A stretch of 64,000 nucleotides of DNA from Acidaminococcus fermentans. GTDB lineage: Bacteria; Bacillota_I; Bacilli_A; RF39; UBA660. Of the stretch, positions 19,536 to 27,630 are shown piece after piece; the stretch's first letter is position 1; every line of letters starts with the position of its first letter. The notes under the pieces are model-generated. The model worked only from the letters and a program-made list of their open reading frames with translations, was not told the DNA's origin and did no database searches. The stretch lies in the NCBI GenBank assembly GCA_963660495.1, contig CAVKYO010000006.1:1810-65809 (forward strand), in the 5' to 3' direction. Position numbers and translations under genes: made by a program.

Positions 19536-20932
19536 CTAAAATTTCTTTCTTTATTTTCATAAATAACTTCATACTTATCTGAATACTTTAAATAAGTATT
19601 AATAGGATAATTAGTAGAAACCAAGAAATAATCGAAACTATATTTTTCAATCAATTTAGGATAATCACCATTTAACTTAGAAATATCTAAATAATCTTTA
19701 AAATTATATTTAGAATATAAGTCTGCCCTACCATCTATAAATACTAAAATATCATTGTAAATAAGAACACCACCATAATCATACATATTATATAAACGTT
19801 CTGGCTTTTCTTCTTTTAAAACATTAATTACTTCATCATCTAAAAAGTAATCATCCGTTTCATAGTTTCGATAAAGATTACCAATAGAAAATAACACAAG
19901 TAAAATTGATATAAATCCAATGCTTAAATTTGTACCAGCATCTATTTTTCTTTTACCAATATAATTAAAGATAACAAAACTCATAATTATATATGTATAT
20001 GGCCAAAACCTAATACTCTTAAGTCCTAAAAACAAGGATATTCCAAATAAAACAAAATCCATTAACTCTATCTTCTTCTTACTGAAAATGAATACAAATA
20101 ATATCAAAACTGCCAAAATAAAATATGGATAATTACTTATATTATTAAGCGTAGTCGGTCTCCATTCAGCAATATTAGAAATCATTAAACTATCCAGTAT
20201 ATTTTGATATGGATATAAAAACATCTTAAAACCATGAATATTTATACATACAGCAAACATTGGCAATATACCAATAAATAAATATTTAAATAACTGTTTT
20301 TTACTAATTCTATTAGCTTCAATCTTTGAAAACTTAAATGAAAATAAACCTATTATCAAAAAGATAAAACAAAATAAATACCCTAAATTACTAGAACCAC
20401 CATGAACATTAGACCAAAGAACAGATAGTACTGGTAAAAAATATATTTTTCTAGAATCTTCATTCTTATATAAATCATATAAAAACCAGATAGTTAAAGC
20501 TAAGAAAATATAGCTAACTAAATGAGGTCTAATTTGTACATAAAAGACTAAAATAAAACCGAAAATAATCCAAACTAAACTAAACACAACATTTTTCAAA
20601 AACTTATCTTTATTATATACAAACAAAATTAATTCTAAAATACCAATACAAATAAAACTAAATATTACATAAAAACTCTTACCTAACAAATTACTCAAAT
20701 TATAAATAATTATTTCAAATAACCATTCATGTGACATCCAACTTTTCCCATACATATACCAAGAAAATACATCAGTATTTAAAATACCGTGTTTCATCAT
20801 ATATTCTCCAGCTTTTATATGCCATAAAAAATCAGTATCAATTTTAACACAACTAGCTAAAGCTAAAGTAAAAGCAAAAACTAAAATTCCAAATAAAATA
20901 ATAGTAAAATTTTTCTTAACAATCCTTTTCAT
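19508..20932 (-). CDS. Large polytopic membrane protein (GT-C-like glycosyltransferase fold suspected)
   Basis: 474 aa with more than 10 TM helices. The N-terminal loop carries FLWHIKAGEYM...SHEWLFEI. The assignment is weak. Confidence 0.35.
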   Translation of the reverse strand: MKRIVKKNFTIILFGILVFAFTLALASCVKIDTDFLWHIKAGEYMMKHGILNTDVFSWYMYGKSWMSHEWLFEIIIYNLSNLLGKSFYVIFSFICIGILELILFVYNKDKFLKNVVFSLVWIIFGFILVFYVQIRPHLVSYIFLALTIWFLYDLYKNEDSRKIYFLPVLSVLWSNVHGGSSNLGYLFCFIFLIIGLFSFKFSKIEANRISKKQLFKYLFIGILPMFAVCINIHGFKMFLYPYQNILDSLMISNIAEWRPTTLNNISNYPYFILAVLILFVFIFSKKKIELMDFVLFGISLFLGLKSIRFWPYTYIIMSFVIFNYIGKRKIDAGTNLSIGFISILLVLFSIGNLYRNYETDDYFLDDEVINVLKEEKPERLYNMYDYGGVLIYNDILVFIDGRADLYSKYNFKDYLDISKLNGDYPKLIEKYSFDYFLVSTNYPINTYLKYSDKYEVIYENKERNFRLYKEKSAN

Positions 20933-21668
20933 AACTAAGTCCTTTTTGATATAATTTTTCTTTAATTTTATATTCTAATTCCTTACCAGAATATTTTTTA
21001 TTTAATCTTTTATACAATTTTTCATACTCCCTCTTCGCAATATCAGAGGTATCATTAAAATTATAACTATCTATTACTTTAGAAATAACTTCATAAGAAT
21101 AACCCGACATAACTAAATCATTTACAATTTTATTTTTTAAAACATTTCCCCCTTTATTTCTATTACTCTTAATAGCCATCCTAATAATCTTATTAATTTT
21201 CTCAATTTGTATATTCTCTTCAAAAACACCTATCTCATTTGAAATAATACTCATATCAATTCCTTTACTAGATAAATCTTTAATTATCTTATTAGGTCCT
21301 TTAGAAGAAGTAATTATTTGATTATTAATATATGCCCTCGCAAAACTACGATCATTTAAATATCCTTGCTTTTCTAATTTTTCTATAGCTATATCAACAA
21401 AAGAACTAGGATAATCCTTAGAAAGTAACATTTTTCTTAATTCCCAAGAACTCTTAAATCTAGACTTAAGCGACTTTAAAGCGGTATAATAAACATCACA
21501 CTCATTATTATAAGCCTCTATTTCCGGAAAAATATCATTCGTAATATCTTTCTTTAACAATAATTCATACTTTAAAATTACATCTTCATACAATTTTAAT
21601 TCTCGATTATCATCTAAAGTAACTAAATATTTACCAGAACTTATTTTTTTATATTTTAAAATTTTCAT
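20916..21668 (-). CDS. recX: Recombination regulator RecX
   Basis: Three-repeat helical architecture. RSFARAYINNQ and LSKKGY-like segments match the RecX family. Confidence 0.65.
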   Translation of the reverse strand: MKILKYKKISSGKYLVTLDDNRELKLYEDVILKYELLLKKDITNDIFPEIEAYNNECDVYYTALKSLKSRFKSSWELRKMLLSKDYPSSFVDIAIEKLEKQGYLNDRSFARAYINNQIITSSKGPNKIIKDLSSKGIDMSIISNEIGVFEENIQIEKINKIIRMAIKSNRNKGGNVLKNKIVNDLVMSGYSYEVISKVIDSYNFNDTSDIAKREYEKLYKRLNKKYSGKELEYKIKEKLYQKGLSYEKDC

Positions 21669-21786
21669 GTATACCTCCTATCAACATCATTAATCATATA
21701 TTGCACATCAAGTACTTGTCTTACTATAATAAAATACAAACGTGTGTTTGTCAATAGATAAAAATGTATTTAAAAAAAGAAAGATA

Positions 21787-21993
21787 CTATTCACTCTTTC
21801 TTTTTACTTCAATCAATCCCTCAGAAACCTCTTCAAGAGCTCTTCCTATATTTTTGACACATTTATAATTTTTTTCAGGTAATTGTAAATATCCGTCTTT
21901 AGAAATTTGTTTACTTCTTCTTGCTGCTATATGAACAAGCTCATATTTAGAGTCAACTATATTAAGTAGTTTATCAATAGATGGATAAATCAT
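21787..21993 (-). CDS. rpoZ: DNA-directed RNA polymerase omega subunit
   Basis: MIYPSIDKLLNIVDSKYELVHIAARRSKQI matches the Firmicute RpoZ N-terminus. The ATG at 21993 has a GGGAG RBS, and the longer upstream extension of the ORF is spurious. Confidence 0.7.
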   Translation of the reverse strand: MIYPSIDKLLNIVDSKYELVHIAARRSKQISKDGYLQLPEKNYKCVKNIGRALEEVSEGLIEVKRKSE

Positions 21994-22091
21994 GTGTATC
22001 ACACTCCCTACTATTAGCATAACCAAAAGACATAAATTAATCAAGGAAAGCGACATAATTAGACACTTTTCTTGACAAAACATTTTACTTA

Positions 22092-23021
22092 TTATTTTAC
22101 ATCAAACATACCCAATATTGCCTCAGTATAAATATCCTTAGCTATGCCATAACCATTATCCTTCAAAGACATTAAATGTTTCATCATTACTCCAGAATTA
22201 ACTTCCATAACTAAATATTCATTTTCAATAGTCTTAATAATATCAATACTACAAAATCCTATATCAATACTATCAGTAATTTTAGAAACTATATCAAGTA
22301 TATTCTTTTTATCTAATTTATCTATATCAAAAGAAGCTACAGAACCAAGAGATAAATTAAATTTCCAATCATAGCAAAACTTCTCATCTCTCTTTAAAAT
22401 AACATTTAAAGAGTTATCATCAATATTCTTAAAGTACTCATAATTAAGCTTTAATAACAATTCCCTAATAGTAGAATACCCATCACCCAATACTTCAGGC
22501 AATATTTTCTTATAAATAACTTTAACTTTATTATTTAAAACAATAACTCGAAACTCATTACTAATATTATAAAAAGGACATATACTAAAAGAAGCATCAC
22601 TAAAAAAAGTATTATTATAAAACTTTTCCAATTCTATGAACTCTTTAAAATGACTAACTTCATTTCCACAGGTACCAGTATTTTTCTTTACAACAACATC
22701 CCCCATATACTCATCAAATTTTTCTTTCAAATATTCCAAACTATTATACTTTCCAACATGACTATTAGTATTATTTTTACAATAAAATATACTATATTCA
22801 CACACTGGCACATTAAAATACTTTAACAATTCATATGTAGCATATTTATCATCAAATACCTTACCTAAAGAATAACTATTATTATCAAACTTATAGCCAG
22901 AGATAGTTTTAACTACCCTATTCTTTTCTAAAACAAGTAAATAACCCAAAGATAAAACCTGGCACTCTATATTATTTTCTAAACATATAAGTTGAATTAA
23001 TTTTATAAAATTTCTATCCAT
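22092..23021 (-). CDS. ATP-grasp family ligase (possibly YheC/YheD-like spore-coat-associated)
   Basis: VKKNTGTCGNEV and the downstream E/N-rich catalytic region fit the ATP-grasp fold. It is next to other coat-like genes. Confidence 0.45.
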   Translation of the reverse strand: MDRNFIKLIQLICLENNIECQVLSLGYLLVLEKNRVVKTISGYKFDNNSYSLGKVFDDKYATYELLKYFNVPVCEYSIFYCKNNTNSHVGKYNSLEYLKEKFDEYMGDVVVKKNTGTCGNEVSHFKEFIELEKFYNNTFFSDASFSICPFYNISNEFRVIVLNNKVKVIYKKILPEVLGDGYSTIRELLLKLNYEYFKNIDDNSLNVILKRDEKFCYDWKFNLSLGSVASFDIDKLDKKNILDIVSKITDSIDIGFCSIDIIKTIENEYLVMEVNSGVMMKHLMSLKDNGYGIAKDIYTEAILGMFDVK

Positions 23022-23069
23022 GTAATCTAATCAACTCCATCCTGTACAAATATCAACTTAAATAAATAA

Positions 23070-23339
23070 CTAAATAGTATAAAATTCCTCTAAAATGTCC
23101 ATATTGTAACTAGCTTTTTTTAAAAACTTACCATTATACTTAACATCAAGCTTATAGTACTTATTAACAAATTCATCATAATCAAAAACAAACAAATCTA
23201 AATAATTTTCAACAATATCATCAACAAAATCACAACCAGACTTTCTCAAAAACAATACAATTCTAGAAAAATTTTCTATATTAAGTTTATTAACAATACT
23301 TTTATCATATTTATTAATAATATCATTAATGTCTTGCAT
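23070..23339 (-). CDS. Hypothetical small acidic protein
   Basis: 89 aa. An AAGGAG lies 12 nt upstream. No motif recognised. Confidence 0.3.
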   Translation of the reverse strand: MQDINDIINKYDKSIVNKLNIENFSRIVLFLRKSGCDFVDDIVENYLDLFVFDYDEFVNKYYKLDVKYNGKFLKKASYNMDILEEFYTI

Positions 23340-24678
23340 AAAAAGAATCGACTCCTTTCATAGTTTTAACATCTATACCATAATCTTCTCTTAATCTTTT
23401 ACTAGTAGCACTTAAAATAGGATTTAATCGATGCCTATGATCACCAGAAGTATTCATAACTGTTAATGAATAATTATTATTTTTTAAATATTCCAAAAGT
23501 TTTCCTAAATAAATAGAACCTTTTCTTAAACAACCATTAGTAGCATACTCATCAATACCATATTTACTTAACAATGTCATACCAGCAGTAATATTATCCA
23601 GTGATAAAGAAAAAATACTAGGTTTCAATAATCCATCATATTTATGAGAATTCCAATATGGCAATGATAATATATCTTTCACAGCTTTATAACTACTATT
23701 CCAAATACTTGGTGTTAATAAATGACTAAATCTTTCATCATCCCATTCACTCATAGATAAAATATTCTTTATTTCCAAAGCATTACTTTTCCATAAACTA
23801 GAAGTTAGAAGATGGCTGAATTTCTCATTATTCCATTCTTCCATACGTAATGTATCAATAATATTACCGATATTACTATTCCAAATATTAGAAGTAAGTA
23901 AATTACTAAATCTTGGATTATCCCAGTCTTTTAAATTTAAAACGCCTTTAACTGTTTCAAAATTACTTTGCCAAATCGTAGGAGTAAGTAAATTACTAAA
24001 TCTTTCATCATCCCACTCCCTTAAACTTAAAATTTTATCTATCATCGAAGGATCTGAACAGCTCCAAATATTACTAGTAAGAAGCCTCTCAAACTTTGGA
24101 TCATCCCAATAATTAGAAGATAATACTTTTTTTACGACTTCTATATTACTATTCCAAATATTAGGAGTAAGTAAATTACTAAATCTTGGATTATCCCATT
24201 CTGATAATTCTAAAACACTCTGTACCATTTCAGGCGTACTATTCCATATAGTTGAAGTAAGTAATGAACTAAATTTTGGATCTCTTAATTCTGAAATATC
24301 TAAAATTCTTGAAACTTTATCACTAGTACTAGCCCAAATTGACGAAGTAAATACCTTATCAAATCTTGAATCATACCATTCCGGTCTTTTCAAAATATTC
24401 TTAATATTGTCTAAGTCAGCCTTCCAAATTGAAGAAGACAAAGCTCTACAAAATCTCTCATCAGTCCAAGCCGGTAACTGTAAAACGCCTTTTATTGTAT
24501 CTAAATCACAATACCAAATATTACTAGTAAGAAGTCCCTTAAATTTTGGATTATCCCATTCTTCCATCTCTAAAACAGTTTTTACAAATTCATAATCCCT
24601 ATTATACATATATTCTGTAGCAAGTACTCTTCTCCCAGCTAATAACTCATCTACTAATTTTCTCTCAATACTATTCAT
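23326..24678 (-). CDS. Tandem-repeat protein: ~11 copies of a ~36-aa repeat with core [KR]F-S-x-LLT-[SP]-x-IW-N-S ... L-x-L-x-EWD-[DN]-[PE], plus a unique C-terminal domain
   Basis: The repeats are obvious in the translation (RFSNLLTPNIWNSNIEVVKKVLSSNYWDDPKF and similar). The DNA also shows ~105-bp periodic repeats (ttggattatcccattc recurs). The start was chosen at MNSIERK, where an AGAGGGA RBS is present. Confidence 0.6.
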   Translation of the reverse strand: MNSIERKLVDELLAGRRVLATEYMYNRDYEFVKTVLEMEEWDNPKFKGLLTSNIWYCDLDTIKGVLQLPAWTDERFCRALSSSIWKADLDNIKNILKRPEWYDSRFDKVFTSSIWASTSDKVSRILDISELRDPKFSSLLTSTIWNSTPEMVQSVLELSEWDNPRFSNLLTPNIWNSNIEVVKKVLSSNYWDDPKFERLLTSNIWSCSDPSMIDKILSLREWDDERFSNLLTPTIWQSNFETVKGVLNLKDWDNPRFSNLLTSNIWNSNIGNIIDTLRMEEWNNEKFSHLLTSSLWKSNALEIKNILSMSEWDDERFSHLLTPSIWNSSYKAVKDILSLPYWNSHKYDGLLKPSIFSLSLDNITAGMTLLSKYGIDEYATNGCLRKGSIYLGKLLEYLKNNNYSLTVMNTSGDHRHRLNPILSATSKRLREDYGIDVKTMKGVDSFYARH

Positions 24679-24743
24679 TAAAAAGTCCCTCTCTAAAAAA
24701 ATTATATCATAAAAAGAAAAAAAGAGACAAAAGTCTCTCATAA

Positions 24744-25085
24744 TTATCTAAATTTACAACAAGAACCTGCTTGAACATTACTTACAGTGTTTTCCTCAGA
24801 GCAAGAATAAGCTGGTCTATAAGTATGTTTATATATATGATGATTTATAATTCTTGTATGTATTGGACAAACATGTGGTACTTCATGTACTATAGTTCTA
24901 TGAATACATTTTTCTTGAACTGCCTCATTTATCGGATTAGAATAACCGTCATTAGAAGCATACGGCATATTTTGATAACCAGACATATTAATATCAACAT
25001 TCATATCATTATCAACTACATTATTATTACCAACAACATTACTATCAAAATCGAAATTTGGCATATTCATATTTTGATCAAACAT
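24744..25085 (-). CDS. cotD: CotD-family inner spore coat protein
   Basis: The His/Pro/Thr-rich block HRTIVHEVPHVCPIHTRIINHHIYKHTYRP matches the CotD family signature. A GGAGG RBS is present. Confidence 0.5.
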   Translation of the reverse strand: MFDQNMNMPNFDFDSNVVGNNNVVDNDMNVDINMSGYQNMPYASNDGYSNPINEAVQEKCIHRTIVHEVPHVCPIHTRIINHHIYKHTYRPAYSCSEENTVSNVQAGSCCKFR

Positions 25086-25147
25086 AATAAAATACCTCCT
25101 CTAATCTATAATATGATAAAAGGAGTATTTAGCTACTAATAAAACAT

Positions 25148-26455
25148 TTAAAATGGCAACTTCATATTACCATTAGACATCTGTTTCATCATTTTTTTCA
25201 TTTGATCAAACTGTTGAAGTAATCTATTAACTTCTTGTACAGAAGTACCAGATCCTGAAGCAATTCTTGTTTTACGACTTGCCTTAATTATATCTGGATT
25301 TCTTCTTTCTTTAGGAGTCATAGATAAAACAATTGCTTCAATATGAGCCATTTGTTTTGGATCTATTTTTATATCATTAAGTCCCATCTTCTTAGCACCA
25401 GGAATTAATTTCAACAAATTTTCCAATGGTCCTAATTTTTTAATTTGTTTCATAGTAGATAAAAAGTCTTCCAAGTCAAACTTACCTTGTTGCATTCTTT
25501 TAGCTGTCTTTTCTGCTTCTTTTTCATCAATAGCTTCTGTTGCCTTTTCAACTAAAGAAACTATATCACCCATACCAAGAATTCTACCAGCAGCTCTTTC
25601 TGGATCAAAGAAATCAAGACCATCTAATTTTTCAGAAACACCAATAAACTTAATTGGAACATTAGTTAAATGTCTAACAGATAAAGCAACTCCACCTTTA
25701 GTATCACCATCTAATTTAGTAAGAACTACTCCAGATAAAGGTAAAGTATCATTAAAACCAGTAATAACATTAATAGCGTCCTGCCCCATCATAGAATCAA
25801 TTACTAAAAGTATTTCATCAGGTTTAACTGTATCTTTGATTCTAACGAGTTCATCCATTAATTCTTCATCAATATGTAATCTACCTGCAGTATCAATTAA
25901 TACATAATCATACCCATTTTCTTTAGCGTACTTAAAAGCATTACTAGCTATCTCAACAGGATCTTGTTTACCCTCTTCATAAACTTCAATATTCAATTGT
26001 TTACCAAGCTGCTTTAATTGATCTATTGCGGCTGGTCTATAAACATCACAAGCTACTAGTAAAGGTTTTTTAGAATGCTTCTTACGCAAAAAATTAGCTA
26101 ACTTAGCAATTGTCGTAGTTTTACCAGAACCTTGTAAACCAACAAGCATCAAACTAGCTGGATTGCCATTTAAATTTAAAGATTTACTTTCACCACCTAA
26201 TAATTCAACTAATTCATCTTTTACAATTTTAACAAATAAGTCACCAGGATTAATGCTACTAGCAACCTCTTCTCCTAATGCTTTTTCTTTAACAGAATTT
26301 GTAAACTCTTTAACAACCTTATAATTAACATCAGCTTCAAGTAAAGCTAATCTAATCTCTCTCATCATATCAGAAATATTATCTTCTGTTATTTTCCCAT
26401 AACCTTTTACCTTGTGTAAAACGTTTTGTAATCTATCTCCTAAACTTTCAAACAT
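25148..26455 (-). CDS. ffh: Signal recognition particle protein Ffh
   Basis: MFESLGDRLQNV start, SRP54 GTPase motifs GLQGSGKTTT and DTAGR, and a Met-rich M domain. Confidence 0.9.
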   Translation of the reverse strand: MFESLGDRLQNVLHKVKGYGKITEDNISDMMREIRLALLEADVNYKVVKEFTNSVKEKALGEEVASSINPGDLFVKIVKDELVELLGGESKSLNLNGNPASLMLVGLQGSGKTTTIAKLANFLRKKHSKKPLLVACDVYRPAAIDQLKQLGKQLNIEVYEEGKQDPVEIASNAFKYAKENGYDYVLIDTAGRLHIDEELMDELVRIKDTVKPDEILLVIDSMMGQDAINVITGFNDTLPLSGVVLTKLDGDTKGGVALSVRHLTNVPIKFIGVSEKLDGLDFFDPERAAGRILGMGDIVSLVEKATEAIDEKEAEKTAKRMQQGKFDLEDFLSTMKQIKKLGPLENLLKLIPGAKKMGLNDIKIDPKQMAHIEAIVLSMTPKERRNPDIIKASRKTRIASGSGTSVQEVNRLLQQFDQMKKMMKQMSNGNMKLPF

Positions 26456-26484
26456 AAATATCACCAATACTATTATAAATAATT

Positions 26485-27225
26485 TTAAAAGCTTTTGTCA
26501 AAAAAATAACTTACTTTTAACCCATTTTTATAAAATAGAAAAATTAATCCTATGAAAATAAACAAAATACTTACTAACTGATTAATCGAAAGCAAAGAAG
26601 ACATAGTATTAAATCTAAAATATTCAAGCAAGAACTTAGCTACACCAGATATTACAAAAGTTTGTCCAATAACAATTATTTTATCAACTTTTTTGTTCTT
26701 ACTTTTATTATTTATATATATAAAAATCGATATAAAGATGACTGCTTCCAATAATTGAACCGGAAAAAGTTCAACACCTTTAATAACAGAATTAGAATAA
26801 TTATATACAACACTAAAAGGTCCAGAATATTTCATTCCATAGCAACACCCAGCAAAAAAGCAGCCAAGTTTACCTATTCCATACATTAAAGGAATACTTG
26901 GAGAAAAAATATAAATCAAATCAAAAAATTTTTTCTTAAACTGTCTAGAATATATAAAAAGCATAAGTAAAATTCCAATAACAGCACCATAAGAAGATAG
27001 ACCAACTTTCCAAAAGTCAAACACTCCATCATATTTTTGATAATTACTTAAAAATGAAAAGTACTTAGCTCCATAAACTATACCTAAAAGAATATAAACA
27101 AATAATACTATACTCCCTTCTTTATTTAAATTCAAAGATTTACTATTTTTATATGCCACAAATAAACCAGCTGATACAGCAAACAATATAAATATCCCAT
27201 ATAATGGTATCATCGTATAAAACAT
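26485..27225 (-). CDS. Polytopic membrane protein with a degenerate Lgt-like motif
   Basis: GKLGCFFAGCCYG has the same spacing as the Lgt signature G-R-x-G-N-F-x-N-x-E-x-x-G. The catalytic N/N/E positions are replaced by C/A/C, so an Lgt function is doubtful. Confidence 0.35.
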   Translation of the reverse strand: MFYTMIPLYGIFILFAVSAGLFVAYKNSKSLNLNKEGSIVLFVYILLGIVYGAKYFSFLSNYQKYDGVFDFWKVGLSSYGAVIGILLMLFIYSRQFKKKFFDLIYIFSPSIPLMYGIGKLGCFFAGCCYGMKYSGPFSVVYNYSNSVIKGVELFPVQLLEAVIFISIFIYINNKSKNKKVDKIIVIGQTFVISGVAKFLLEYFRFNTMSSLLSINQLVSILFIFIGLIFLFYKNGLKVSYFFDKSF

Positions 27226-27258
27226 AATGCACTCCCTAATAAAATTTATTAATCAGTT

Positions 27259-27474
27259 TCACAAAATAAATATTTTATTTAAAAAAGAAAGACAAAATAA
27301 AAAGAAAAAGTTTTCAAGCTTAGCCCAAGAGACATAATACAAAAAAATCAAAGAGATAATAATTATAATATATCGTCTTTCTCTTTTCTTATATTCAGCC
27401 GTATTAACTATATTATCATTTTTTTCCTCGAAAAAACGTTTACCACATTTAGAACACACACTAGAACCAGGCAA
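27259..27474 (-). CDS. Hypothetical small protein (zinc-ribbon-like CxxC N-terminus plus TM)
   Basis: 71 aa: CSKCGKRFF followed by a hydrophobic tail. Weakly supported. Confidence 0.2.
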   Translation of the reverse strand: MPGSSVCSKCGKRFFEEKNDNIVNTAEYKKRERRYIIIIISLIFLYYVSWAKLENFFFLFCLSFLNKIFIL

Positions 27475-27630
27475 TATCTGTTCGCCATACCAAAAAAATT
27501 ATTCACCAAATCTTTTCTGTTAGATTTATTAAAAGAACTATCCATAATACCATCACCTACTATATCCAATATACATTAAAATTTTATAAATTTCAAACTT
27601 AAAAGAAAAAAGATAATGAAAGTCATATCT

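Noticed and set aside
24771-25139. 122-aa ORF antisense to the CotD-like gene
   Set aside because: Low-complexity I/N/Y-rich translation with no RBS. The CotD-like frame has a strong RBS and a family-specific His/Pro pattern.
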